Position numbers and translations under genes: made by a program. A stretch of 64,000 nucleotides of DNA from Halothiobacillaceae bacterium. Its GTDB lineage: Bacteria > Pseudomonadota > Gammaproteobacteria > Halothiobacillales > Halothiobacillaceae. The notes under the pieces are model-generated. The model did no database searches. It saw only the letters and a program-made list of their open reading frames with translations, and was not told where the DNA came from. Below, piece by piece: positions 54,335 to 63,226 of the stretch (within the stretch, counting starts at the first letter, position 1; each line of letters starts with the position of its first letter). The stretch covers positions 1,593 to 65,592 of the forward strand of contig JAFGUH010000115.1 in assembly GCA_016938615.1 (NCBI GenBank), read 5' to 3'.

Positions 54335-54883
54335 TCACGCGACGGCATTGAGAAACTGATCGTTTTCCAGCAGGCCCCTGAAGTCCAGAACCGGCAACCA
54401 TTCGTCGTTCAGCCGGACCTCCCGGTCAAACCCCGGCAAGGAATCGAGCTCAGCATGATGCCCGGAGGCGCTCAAGGGGCGTTGCTCGCCGTAAGGAACC
54501 TGACGAATGCCGTAGGACCGGTCGACGAGAAAGGCGGACGAGGCTTGCGCTCGCTTGGCGAGAAACACCACGCTGTGACGCGACGCCGGGGTCTCACGGT
54601 CGAACCAGAAGCGCGCCAGGTCGAAAACCCCGGTCAGCTCACCGCGCAGGTTTGCGAGACCAACGACCCAGGGCTTAGCCCCCGGCAGGGCCACTTGCCG
54701 AGGCGGCGTGACAATCGCGCGGACCTCGTCCAGCGCGACCAGCATTCGCCGCCCGTCCACGGCAAAAAGGATGGCCTGCCACGTCCGGACATGGTCCTCG
54801 TTACGAGGCAGGCCGACCGCATGCGCCTCGACCTGGCCATTGAGCCAGTCAAGATAGTCGAATACGTCATCGGATCGCTGCAT
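54335..54883 (-). CDS. pilI: PilI CheW-like coupling protein
   Basis: 182 aa. CheW-domain pattern (PWVVGLANLRGELTGVFDLARF). Sits between pilH and pilJ. Confidence 0.8.
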   Translation of the reverse strand: MQRSDDVFDYLDWLNGQVEAHAVGLPRNEDHVRTWQAILFAVDGRRMLVALDEVRAIVTPPRQVALPGAKPWVVGLANLRGELTGVFDLARFWFDRETPASRHSVVFLAKRAQASSAFLVDRSYGIRQVPYGEQRPLSASGHHAELDSLPGFDREVRLNDEWLPVLDFRGLLENDQFLNAVA

Positions 54884-54887
54884 GGCC

Positions 54888-55250
54888 TCAGCCGAGCACG
54901 GTCTTAAGGACGGCGATCAGATCGGGTTCCTTGACCGGCTTGACCAGGTACTCCTTGGCCCCCTGGCGCATCCCCCAGATCCGGTCGGTCTGCTGGTCCT
55001 TGGTGGTGACGATGATGATGGGGATGTCGCCGGTTTCGCCATCGCGGTTGAGCGTGCGGGTTGCCTGAAAGCCATTCATGCCCGGCATCACCACGTCCAT
55101 CAGCACGGCATCGGGGCGAGTCTTTCGGACCAGCTCTATGCCTTCCTCGCCGCTGTTGGCGACCGAGACCTCGTGACCATGGCGTTCTAGCATCTGCTGG
55201 AGCACGTAGACCTCGGTCGGCGAGTCATCAATGACAACGATATGAGCCAC
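54888..55250 (-). CDS. pilH: PilH single-domain response regulator
   Basis: 120 aa. IVVIDDSPTE...LMDVVMPGMNGFQ...VKP. Confidence 0.85.
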   Translation of the reverse strand: MAHIVVIDDSPTEVYVLQQMLERHGHEVSVANSGEEGIELVRKTRPDAVLMDVVMPGMNGFQATRTLNRDGETGDIPIIIVTTKDQQTDRIWGMRQGAKEYLVKPVKEPDLIAVLKTVLG

Positions 55251-55326
55251 TATCCTGTCCTCTGGAAGAATGTCGAATTCGATTTCACGGGGGGCGGACC
55301 GGCGCGGGCGGTCGCCGAGACCCGAC

Positions 55327-55758
55327 TCAGCCGGCCATCGCGTCTCGGTCGGTCACGAGACGCCCCTCGGCGAACCGTTGCACCGCCGCGAGGATCTCGT
55401 CGCTATTGAAGGGTTTGGTGAGGTAGTCGGACGCGCCGACGATCCGGCCGCGCGCCTTGTCGAAGATACTGTCCTTGCTCGACAACAGGATAATGGGGGT
55501 GTTGGCGAACCGATCGTTGTTCTTGATCAGCGCCGTGGTCTGGTAGCCGTCGAGGCGCGGCATCAGAATATCGATGATCACCACGTCGGGGTCGAAGCTG
55601 CCGATCCGCGCCAACGCGTCGAACCCGTCGATCGCGCTCTCGACCTCGCAGCCGGCCTTGCTGAGTATGCTGTCCGCCGTGCGGCGGATGGTCTTGCTAT
55701 CGTCGACCACCATGACTCTCAGGCCATCGAGACCCGCCTGATTCTCTGTCGCTTCCAT
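55327..55758 (-). CDS. pilG: PilG single-domain response regulator
   Basis: ORF 55327..55833, started at MEATENQAGLDGLRVMVVDDSKTIRRTA (AAGGA Shine-Dalgarno). Closely parallels P. aeruginosa PilG (LKVMVIDDSKTIRRTA...MPRLDGYQT.ALIKNN...SSKD..FDKA.GRIVG...YLTKPF). Confidence 0.85.
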   Translation of the reverse strand: MEATENQAGLDGLRVMVVDDSKTIRRTADSILSKAGCEVESAIDGFDALARIGSFDPDVVIIDILMPRLDGYQTTALIKNNDRFANTPIILLSSKDSIFDKARGRIVGASDYLTKPFNSDEILAAVQRFAEGRLVTDRDAMAG

Positions 55759-56221
55759 GTCTTCATCCTTGCTGCTGGTCGATTCTTGGCCCTGCTCCGT
55801 TCGAAATGTAACCAACGTGCCCGGCTTTGGCAAACGCCGTCACGGTAAACTTCCGCGCCCACTCGATGCCACACCGGCGCGGCTCGAACTGCGCAGGCTC
55901 AGGGTGGGCGTCCGCCGAGGACGGACAATGCGCCGTTCCGGTCAGGAGACGGGAGGGGGCCGCGGCGCATCACCAGCCAGAGCACACGGCAACTGGCAGG
56001 CTGCGAACCGCACTCGAGCCGGCGAGGGTGCGCCTCTATCGAGGGCGGCTCGCCAGGGCCGGAAGCGGCATCGTCATCGCATGGCTTTATGAAGAGAGCG
56101 GTCGACCTGCCTCTCCCCCGGGGAAACACGCCCAGGTTCCATCGTTTACACTGATCGGCCGGGCACGCTCGCCGTCCCGCAAACACCATGTCATCCCGTG
56201 TAAAGAGCCTGACGAACTTCG

Positions 56222-57565
56222 ATGCCAAACCACCATTCCGCCCTGCAAATCGACAGCAACGAGACCTCGCCGGAACTGGAGTCGCATTACTGCGGCCCAC
56301 TGCTGAGGATCGAATCGCACATCATCGAGAGCCGCCGCCGCATCGAAACCTGGTTTCGCGAGCAATGGCGCCGAACGCCCGCCCCCTTCTACTCCTCGGT
56401 GGATCTGCGCAACGCCGGCTACAAGCTCGGTCCGGTCGATACCAACCTGTTTCCGGCCGGCTTCAACAATCTCAACCACAGCTTCGACCCACTGGTGGTC
56501 CATGCGATCCAGTCGGCGGTCGAGCACGCCTGTCCCGACGCGCGCGGCATGCTGATCATCCCCGAGCGCCACACGCGCAATCAGTTCTACCTCGAATCGC
56601 TGGCCACCATGGCCGAGCTGTTCGAACTGGCCGGCTTCGAGACGCGTATCGGCTCGCTCGAGCCTCTCGGCGAACCCGCCCACTTCAAGCTGCCATCGGG
56701 ACGGACGCTGACCCAGCACCCGATCCACCGCGAAGGGCGCCGGCTGGAGGTCGATGGCTTCTCGCCCTGCACCATCGTGCTCAATAACGACCTGTCCGGC
56801 GGGCGCGAGGAGATCCTCGATGACCTGGAGCAGACCGTGGTGCCGCCGACGGCATTGGGCTGGTGGCGGCGGTCGAAATTCGATCACTTCAGTCACTACC
56901 AGTCGCTCGCCCACGAGCTGGCCGAGCTGATCGACCTCGATCCCTGGCATCTGGCACCGATGATCCTCGACTGCGGCCAGATCGACTTCATGAAGCGCGA
57001 GGGCGAGACCTGCCTGCAGGAGAAGGTCGGCGAGATGCTTGCCGCCATCCAGAAGAAATACGACGAGCTCGAGATCAAGGAAAAGCCCTTCGTCGTGATC
57101 AAGGCCGATGCAGGCACCTACGGCATGGGCGTGATGATGGCGCAGTCCCCGGAGGAGGTCACCGGCCTCAACCGCAAGCAGCGCACCCGCATGGCCGCCT
57201 CGAAGGACGGCCGCAACATCAACCGGGTGCTGATCCAGGAAGGCATCTACAGCTTCGAACGACTGGGCTCGAGTGGGCACGTCGCCGAGCCGGTGCTCTA
57301 CATGATCGACCGGCACGTCGTCGGGGGGTTTTACCGCGTCCACACCAAGAAGGGGCAGAGCGAGAATCTCAACTCCCCCGGCGCGGAATTCGTGCCGCTG
57401 CCCTTCACCCAGTCTTGCGTGACCCCGGCCCCGGACGCTTCACCCGACAGCGATCAGAACCGGCTGTACTGCTATGGCGTAGTTGCCCGCCTGGCGCTGC
57501 TGGCCGCCGCGCGCGAGCAACGCGACCTGGTCGGCGACCCAAGCGAAAACCCGGTCGCCGACTGA
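56222..57565 (+). CDS. gshA: Glutamate--cysteine ligase, Acidithiobacillus/Xanthomonas (gshA_ferroox) type
   Basis: 447 aa. PFYSSVDLRNAGYKLGPVDTNLFPAGFNNL and the rest of the fold match my recollection of this GshA lineage. Immediately followed by gshB. Confidence 0.75.
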   Translation: MPNHHSALQIDSNETSPELESHYCGPLLRIESHIIESRRRIETWFREQWRRTPAPFYSSVDLRNAGYKLGPVDTNLFPAGFNNLNHSFDPLVVHAIQSAVEHACPDARGMLIIPERHTRNQFYLESLATMAELFELAGFETRIGSLEPLGEPAHFKLPSGRTLTQHPIHREGRRLEVDGFSPCTIVLNNDLSGGREEILDDLEQTVVPPTALGWWRRSKFDHFSHYQSLAHELAELIDLDPWHLAPMILDCGQIDFMKREGETCLQEKVGEMLAAIQKKYDELEIKEKPFVVIKADAGTYGMGVMMAQSPEEVTGLNRKQRTRMAASKDGRNINRVLIQEGIYSFERLGSSGHVAEPVLYMIDRHVVGGFYRVHTKKGQSENLNSPGAEFVPLPFTQSCVTPAPDASPDSDQNRLYCYGVVARLALLAAAREQRDLVGDPSENPVAD

Positions 57566-57585
57566 CCCCCAAGCGGAGCCTACTC

Positions 57586-58530
57586 ATGCGCATCGCCGTC
57601 GTCATGGATCCGATCGAACGGATCAAGCCCTGGAAGGACACCTCGTTTGCCTTCCTGCTCAGCGCCCAGGCCCGCGACTGGGACTGCTGGTACATCGAGC
57701 CCGAGTGGCTGTTCTTCGCCGACGGCATGCCTCAAGCGCAGGCCACCCGGATCACGGTGATCGATCGCGACACGGACTTCTACACGCTCGGAGAACGCAC
57801 CGTTCACGCCCTGACGGACTTCGACATCATCCTGCAACGCCAGGACCCGCCGATCGACCTGGACTACCACTACGTCACCGGGCTGCTCTCGCTGGCCGAA
57901 CAGGCCGGTGTCGTGGTCGCCAACCGGCCGGACGCCGTGCGGGCGGCCAACGAGAAACTCCTCGCCCAGCATTTCCCCGCCCTTTGCCCGCCGACGCTGG
58001 TCAGCCGGTCGATCGAGCAGTTCAAGGCCTTTATCGCCGAACAGGGCGAGATCGTGGTCAAGCCACTGGATGCCATGGGCGGCAGTTCGATCTTCAAGAT
58101 CCACGCGGACGACGAGAACACCCAGGTGATCCTCGAGGTGATGACCCACGACCAGACCGAGCTGGTGATGGCGCAGCGCTACCTGCCCGAGATCCGTACC
58201 GGCGACCGGCGCGTGTTGCTGATCGACGGCGAACCGGTCGACCACGCGCTGTTGCGCGTGCCCGGCGAGAAGAGCTTTCGCGCCAACCTCGCCGCCGGCG
58301 GACGGGGCGAGGTGGTGCCACTGCGTGAACGCGACCGCGAGATCGCCGCCGCCGTCGGCCCGTGGCTGGCCGAACGCGGCCACTGGTTCGTCGGCCTGGA
58401 CGTGATCGGCGACTGGCTGACCGAAATCAACGTCACCAGCCCTACCTGCGCCCGCGAGATCAGCGCGGCGACCGGCCAGGACGTGACCGGCCGACTGCTC
58501 GATTCGCTGGCGAGACGCCGGCCGACATGA
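57586..58530 (+). CDS. gshB: Glutathione synthetase (ATP-grasp)
   Basis: Internal ATG of ORF 56863..58530. MRIAVVMDPIERIKPWKDTSFAFLL...ILQRQDPP.D..Y...LL...VVANRP...NEKL...VVKPLDAMGGSSIF...NLAAGGRG...GLDVIGDWLTEINVTSPT. Confidence 0.9.
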   Translation: MRIAVVMDPIERIKPWKDTSFAFLLSAQARDWDCWYIEPEWLFFADGMPQAQATRITVIDRDTDFYTLGERTVHALTDFDIILQRQDPPIDLDYHYVTGLLSLAEQAGVVVANRPDAVRAANEKLLAQHFPALCPPTLVSRSIEQFKAFIAEQGEIVVKPLDAMGGSSIFKIHADDENTQVILEVMTHDQTELVMAQRYLPEIRTGDRRVLLIDGEPVDHALLRVPGEKSFRANLAAGGRGEVVPLRERDREIAAAVGPWLAERGHWFVGLDVIGDWLTEINVTSPTCAREISAATGQDVTGRLLDSLARRRPT

Positions 58531-59585
58531 TCGATTCCCGGCGCCGCGCCCTGATGGCCGCGCTGGCCGGAATACCGCTCGGTCCACTGCTCGGCGGCTG
58601 CGCCGCCGAGTCGCCGCTGAACGAGGGGGGATTCTCGGTATTCGGCCAGGTCTGGACGCTGACGTTCTTCGACACCCCGCCAGGCCGAATCAATGACGCC
58701 CTCGCTCGCGCCGAGAAACTGGTCGAACCGCTCTACCGCCGATTGCACCCCTGGAAGGACAGCGAGCTCACGCGCCTGAACCGCCAACTTGCCATGCAAG
58801 GCGAGGCGCGCGTCAGCGACGATATTCGCGCCCTGATCGAGGCGGCCCGGCCACTGTTCGAGGCGAGCGGCGGTCGTTTCGATCCCACCATCGGCGGATT
58901 GATCGAACAGTGGGGATTTCACCGTGACGGCGGCCGAGACCAACCGTTCGAGCCCCCTCCGGATGCGGCACTTGACGACTGGCTGGCCGACGCCCCCTCG
59001 CTCGATGACGTGCATCTCGAAGGAAACCGGGTCCGCGTCGACAACCGCCGGGTGCAGTTCGACTTCAACTCCCTGGCCGAGGGCTTCGCCGCCCAGCGCG
59101 TACTCGCCAGCCTTGACACCCTCGGCGTCACCGACTGCCTGCTCGACACCGGCGGCGATCTCTACACGCGGGGCCGCCCCGGCGATCGGGACTGGCAGCT
59201 CGGCATCCGCGATCCGCGCGGTGAGGGCTCGCTCGGCGGCGTGGCCCTCGCCGGCCACCGAGCCTTGTGCAGCTCCGGCAACTACGAACGTCACATCCGT
59301 TACCGCGGCGAGGACTTCGGCCACATCCTCGACCCACTGACCGCGCGCCCGGTCCATGGCAACGCGGGCACGACCGTGCTGGCCCGCGACCCGGTAACCG
59401 CCGACGGCGCCGCCACCGCCCTGATGCTGATCACGCCCCAGGAGGCGTCCACATTCGCCCGGCGACTGGGACTCGACGGAATCCTGCTCGTGACCGAGAA
59501 TGGCGAGCCGTGGCGGGATGCCAAGATGCGGCAAGCAATGCAGTCGTTCCCCGCGAACGGGCCCGCCAACTGGCGGACGCTTTGA
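58527..59585 (+). CDS. apbE: FAD:protein FMN transferase ApbE (lipoprotein)
   Basis: ATG overlaps the gshB stop (ATGA). Lipobox LLGGC. ApbE blocks SELTRLN, GRFDPTIGGLIEQWGF, FNSLAEGFA, DCLLDTGGDL, LCSSGNYER, GHILDPLT. Confidence 0.85.
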   Translation: MIDSRRRALMAALAGIPLGPLLGGCAAESPLNEGGFSVFGQVWTLTFFDTPPGRINDALARAEKLVEPLYRRLHPWKDSELTRLNRQLAMQGEARVSDDIRALIEAARPLFEASGGRFDPTIGGLIEQWGFHRDGGRDQPFEPPPDAALDDWLADAPSLDDVHLEGNRVRVDNRRVQFDFNSLAEGFAAQRVLASLDTLGVTDCLLDTGGDLYTRGRPGDRDWQLGIRDPRGEGSLGGVALAGHRALCSSGNYERHIRYRGEDFGHILDPLTARPVHGNAGTTVLARDPVTADGAATALMLITPQEASTFARRLGLDGILLVTENGEPWRDAKMRQAMQSFPANGPANWRTL

Positions 59586-59608
59586 CCACATCGATCCGGA
59601 GGGCAGGG

Positions 59609-60388
59609 ATGCCGACACAGCCAACCAACCGCGGCGGGCGGGCCAGACCCGACCTGCCGGGTTCGAACCGGGTGCTCAAGGCAGCACTGGTGCTGGCGGT
59701 GCTGGTGCACCTCGGGCTCCTGCTGCTGCACTTCACCCGACCTGAGGTGGAGCGGCGCCCGATGATCGAGATCAGCCTCGATGCCCCACCGGCCGAACGT
59801 AGCCGCGATGCCGGGGAGCGAATCGACACCCGTTCCCTCGACCTGCCCGCCGATCCCTCCCTGGCCGGACTGGCCGGCCAGGAGAGCCCTCACGATACCC
59901 AGCGAGAGACCGGCCGCGGCCCACAGCACGAGGGCGCCGGCGGCGCGAGCGACTCGCCGCGTCCTCTCTCGACCCGGGATCGCATCGACCGCCTGTACGC
60001 CCAGGTGAATGCCGCACTGCGGACCGGTTACGCCACCAGCCGCACCCAGGGCGGCCCGGCCGGTCGCTACCTCGCCCGCTGGAAGCGCCAGGTCGAGGTC
60101 TACGGCAACCGACACTACCCGAGCGCCCTGGTCCAGGAGAGCCTATCCGGTCAGGTGATCCTCGAGGCCACTATCGGCAAGCAGGGGCACGTGCTCAACC
60201 TCGCCATCCGCCGCTCCTCGGGCAGCGCCGCGGTCGACAACGCGGCGCGCAACCTGCTGCAGGCCGCGGCGCCCTATCCGCCGTTCCCCGCTGATCTGGC
60301 CGCCGAAAACGACCGGCTGGTGATCACGCGCACCTGGGTATTCACGAGCGATAGGCGATTGCGCAACGAGGCCCCCGCAAGCCCTTGA
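59609..60388 (+). CDS. tonB: TonB-family energy-transducer protein (TonB3-like by position)
   Basis: Internal ATG of ORF 59267..60388. N-terminal anchor LKAALVLAVLVHLGLLLLHF, a linker, and the TonB C-terminal domain YPSALVQESLSGQVILEATIGKQGHVLNLAIRRSSGSAAVDNAARNLLQAAAPYPPFP. Confidence 0.75.
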   Translation: MPTQPTNRGGRARPDLPGSNRVLKAALVLAVLVHLGLLLLHFTRPEVERRPMIEISLDAPPAERSRDAGERIDTRSLDLPADPSLAGLAGQESPHDTQRETGRGPQHEGAGGASDSPRPLSTRDRIDRLYAQVNAALRTGYATSRTQGGPAGRYLARWKRQVEVYGNRHYPSALVQESLSGQVILEATIGKQGHVLNLAIRRSSGSAAVDNAARNLLQAAAPYPPFPADLAAENDRLVITRTWVFTSDRRLRNEAPASP

Positions 60389-60390
60389 TC

Positions 60391-60610
60391 GGCCGCCAAG
60401 GCAACGCCGTACGGAATGCCAAATCCCGCCGGGCGCGCCCTGGACCGGGCATCTGCGGCGTCGCGAGGCCCAGCCCTGGATCTCGCCCTTGGGGCGGGGA
60501 CTGCCGATTCGTGTTCGTCCTTGCAAAGGAAACGAGTCTTGCGCGGCGGACCCGTGCCCACTCGGACCAGGGCACGGGTAGCGGTATGGCATTCGTGCAA
60601 AGTCTCCCTG
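60391..60610. repeat. Copy D: ~220-bp degenerate fragment of the repeat family (left two-thirds, reverse orientation)
   Basis: The reverse complement reads CAGGGAGACTTTGCACGAATGCCATACC...AAGGGCGAG...CGCGACGCCGCAGA...GCCTTGGCGGCC. This is collinear with the left ~200 nt of copy B (TAGGGAACCGCTGCACGAATGCCATACC...AAGGGCGAG...CGCGACGCCGCAGA...CCCTTGGCGGCC). Confidence 0.5.
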
Positions 60611-60805
60611 CGAACCTTAACCGGGCCGGCGTTGCGCTGACCCGGCCCCGCCCCTATACTTGCCCGTCGCCCGTCAGCGGCCACGGTCGGCATGACGAGG
60701 CAGGCAGCGGCCTGGTCCGCCCGCCGGGGCCCGTGCCGCGAGTCGTCACGTCGGCGCCTTTTGTTTCAAACTCAGCGTCTGCTCGGGCAGAGGTGGTGCA
60801 AAAAC

Positions 60806-61222
60806 ATGGCAGTTGAACTCCCGCAAGGTTACAAACCCTCGGAAGACGAGGAATACATGAACCCGAAGCAGCTGGAGTACTTCCGGCAGAAGCTTCTGAC
60901 CTGGCGCGAGCAGTTGATGACCGAATCGGATTCGACCATCAACCACCTGCGCGAGGAAAACTGGCAGGAACCGGACATCAACGACCGGGCGACGCTGGAG
61001 TCGGACGCGGCCCTCGAACTACGCACTCGGGACCGGTACCGCAAGCTGATCAACAAGATAGACAAAGGCTTGAAGCGGATCAGCGACGGCGACTACGGCT
61101 ATTGCGAGGAGACCGGCGACGAGATCGGCCTAAAACGCCTCGAGGCGCGGCCGATCGCCACTCTGACCATCGAGGCTCAGGAACGTCACGAACGGCTCGA
61201 ACGTGTCCAGCGCGATGACTGA
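60806..61222 (+). CDS. dksA: DksA-family RNA polymerase-binding factor with degenerate Zn finger
   Basis: Started at MAVELPQGYKPSEDEEYMNPKQLEYFRQKLL. Coiled-coil tip PDINDRATLE (DxxDxA) is conserved. The C4 finger region reads GYCEETGDEIGLKRLEARPIATLTIEAQ (C-x2-T ... T-x2-A). Confidence 0.85.
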   Translation: MAVELPQGYKPSEDEEYMNPKQLEYFRQKLLTWREQLMTESDSTINHLREENWQEPDINDRATLESDAALELRTRDRYRKLINKIDKGLKRISDGDYGYCEETGDEIGLKRLEARPIATLTIEAQERHERLERVQRDD

Positions 61223-61796
61223 CTTGGCCCGACGCCTCACCCTCGCCACCGCGCTGCTGCTCTGCGCACCGATGGCCCTGGCCGAGACCCAGGTTCGCAT
61301 CGAGACAAACCTCGGCCCGATCGTGGTCGAGCTCTACGACGAGCGCGCCCCGGCCACGGTCGACAATTTCCTCGGCTACGTCCGCGACGGTTTCTACGAC
61401 GGCACCGTCTTCCACCGCGTGATTCCGGACTTCGTCGCCCAGGGCGGCGGCTTTAACGCCGATTTCACCCGGAAGGAAACCCGCGCCCCGGTGAAGAACG
61501 AGGCCGGCAACGGCGTGGGCAACACCCGCGGCACCCTGGCGATGGCACGCACCTCGGATCCCGATTCGGCCACCTCTCAGTTCTTCATCAATCTCGCCGA
61601 CAACGCCTTTCTCGATCGTCGTGACGACTCGGCAGCCGGCGCCGGCTACACGGTGTTCGGCGAGGTGATCGAGGGCATGGACACCGTCGAGAGGATCGCC
61701 GACGTGCCCACCGGCGCGGCCGGTCCGTTCGGCAAGGACGTGCCGCTCGAGACGGTGCGGATCGAGTCCGCGAGCGTTGTCGCGGCGGACGACTGA
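61215..61796 (+). CDS. ppiA: Periplasmic peptidyl-prolyl cis-trans isomerase (cyclophilin type)
   Basis: ORF 61203..61796. Signal peptide ...LLLCAPMALA. Motifs NFLGYVRDGFYDGTVFHRVIPDFVAQGGGF, GTLAMAR, SQFFINL. Confidence 0.85.
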   Translation: MTDLARRLTLATALLLCAPMALAETQVRIETNLGPIVVELYDERAPATVDNFLGYVRDGFYDGTVFHRVIPDFVAQGGGFNADFTRKETRAPVKNEAGNGVGNTRGTLAMARTSDPDSATSQFFINLADNAFLDRRDDSAAGAGYTVFGEVIEGMDTVERIADVPTGAAGPFGKDVPLETVRIESASVVAADD

Positions 61797-61838
61797 TCGC
61801 GCGGTGACGGCACCGGCCGACAGCCCATCCCGCCAGCG

Positions 61839-62972
61839 ATGACGAGCGCAGCCGAGCACCGATTCGTCACCGACGACAACGCGGTCGAGTCGCTGCTCGA
61901 CGCGATCGAGCAGGCAGACGCCCTGCCACTCGACACCGAGTTCATCCGCGAGCGCACCTATTTCCCCCGCCTCGCTCTCCTGCAGATTGCCACCGGCCCC
62001 ACCGTCTGGCTGGTCGACCCGACCTCAGGCACCGACCTCAGCCCACTTTGGGAAGCGCTCGTCACGACTCGCACCCCGGTGGTGCTGCACGCCGGGGACC
62101 AGGATCTCGACCTGATCCTTGGCGCCGCCGGGCGGTTGCCACGCAAGGTCTTCGACAGCCAGATCGCCGCCGAGCTGCTCGGCATCGGCAGCCAGATGAG
62201 CTATGCAGCCCTGGTCGAGACGCTCCTGGACGTGACCCTGGACAAGGCCGAGAAACGCAGCGACTGGCTGGCCCGGCCATTGAGCCGTCGCCAGATCGAG
62301 TACGCCGTCCAGGACGTCGCGCAGTTGCAGTCGCTCTATCCCCTGCTACGCCAACGCCTGGCCGATCTCGATCGCCTGGACTGGATGGCCGAGGAAACGA
62401 GCGAGCAACTCAGGCCGGAGCGCTTCGCCCCCGACGATCGCGAACGCTGGAAGAAGATCAGTGGCGTGCAGAGCCTCGACCGAGCCGGCCTGGCAAGCCT
62501 GCGCGAACTGGCCGCCTGGCGCGAGTGTCGCGCCCGCGAACTCGACCGCCCCCGCCGCTGGGTCTGGGACGACCAAGCCATGCTTGACCTCGCGCATTCG
62601 GTCGCGCGCGCGCAAACACCGGCAAGCGTCGAACAAATCGAGAGTCGGCTGGCGCGCGCGCGCACGCCGCTGGGGAAAGACGTCGAGGCGCGCCGAGCCC
62701 TTGCCGACACGATCGCCGCGGCCCTCGACCAGGACCCGGCGAACTGGCCACGGCCGCCGCGGCCACCGGTCTTGCCTGCCGCCCAACGGGAACTGGTAAA
62801 ATCTTGGCAGGATCAACTGGCGGTGGCCGCGGCCGAGTCCGGCGTGACCGCCTCCCGGCTGGCCACCAGCGCCGATCTCAAACGACACCTGCTCGACCCG
62901 GAACGACCGTCTCGACTCACCCGGGGCTGGCGGGCACCGTTGCTCGCCCCGATCCTGCGCGCACACGACTGA
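61839..62972 (+). CDS. rnd: Ribonuclease D
   Basis: 377 aa. DEDDy exonuclease motifs LPLDTEFIRERTYFPRLALLQIA, HAGDQDL, YAVQDV, followed by HRDC-like repeats. Confidence 0.85.
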   Translation: MTSAAEHRFVTDDNAVESLLDAIEQADALPLDTEFIRERTYFPRLALLQIATGPTVWLVDPTSGTDLSPLWEALVTTRTPVVLHAGDQDLDLILGAAGRLPRKVFDSQIAAELLGIGSQMSYAALVETLLDVTLDKAEKRSDWLARPLSRRQIEYAVQDVAQLQSLYPLLRQRLADLDRLDWMAEETSEQLRPERFAPDDRERWKKISGVQSLDRAGLASLRELAAWRECRARELDRPRRWVWDDQAMLDLAHSVARAQTPASVEQIESRLARARTPLGKDVEARRALADTIAAALDQDPANWPRPPRPPVLPAAQRELVKSWQDQLAVAAAESGVTASRLATSADLKRHLLDPERPSRLTRGWRAPLLAPILRAHD

Positions 62973-62998
62973 CGACCACGACCGGAGGACCCCCGCCG

Positions 62999-63223
62999 AT
63001 GACCGACAACGAGATCATCAAGCTGATCCAGGCCGAACTCCCGGACGCCCAGGTGCGTCCCGACGGCGAAGGCTGCAATTTTCGTATCGCGGTGACCAGC
63101 GGCGCCTTCGTCGGCAAGTCCCTGCTTCAGCAGCACCAGCTCCTCAATCGCATTCTCAAACCGGCCCTCGAATCCGGCGACCTGCATGCCGTGACCTTTG
63201 ATACCCGTACCCCAGACCGCTGA
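62999..63223 (+). CDS. BolA-family protein (IbaG/YrbA-like)
   Basis: 74 aa after GGAGGA. MTDNEIIKLIQAELPDAQVRPDGEGCNFRIAVTSGAFVGKSLLQQHQLLNRIL...LHAVTFDT. Confidence 0.7.
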   Translation: MTDNEIIKLIQAELPDAQVRPDGEGCNFRIAVTSGAFVGKSLLQQHQLLNRILKPALESGDLHAVTFDTRTPDR

Positions 63224-63226
63224 ACC

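Noticed and set aside
55829-56150. Possible sixth copy of the repeat family in the long pilG-gshA intergenic region
   Set aside because: GGCAAACGCCGTCACGGTAAAC resembles GGCAACGCCGTACGGAATGCC of fragment D, and GGCATCGTCATCGCATGGC weakly resembles a right terminus. There are no CTAG ends, no 18-mer core and no collinear internal modules. This is too weak to call by eye and needs a computed alignment.
56087-59624. Minus-strand ORFs of 418, 335 and 481 aa opposite gshA, gshB and apbE
   Set aside because: The + strand proteins are clearly recognisable, and the antisense translations are low-complexity.
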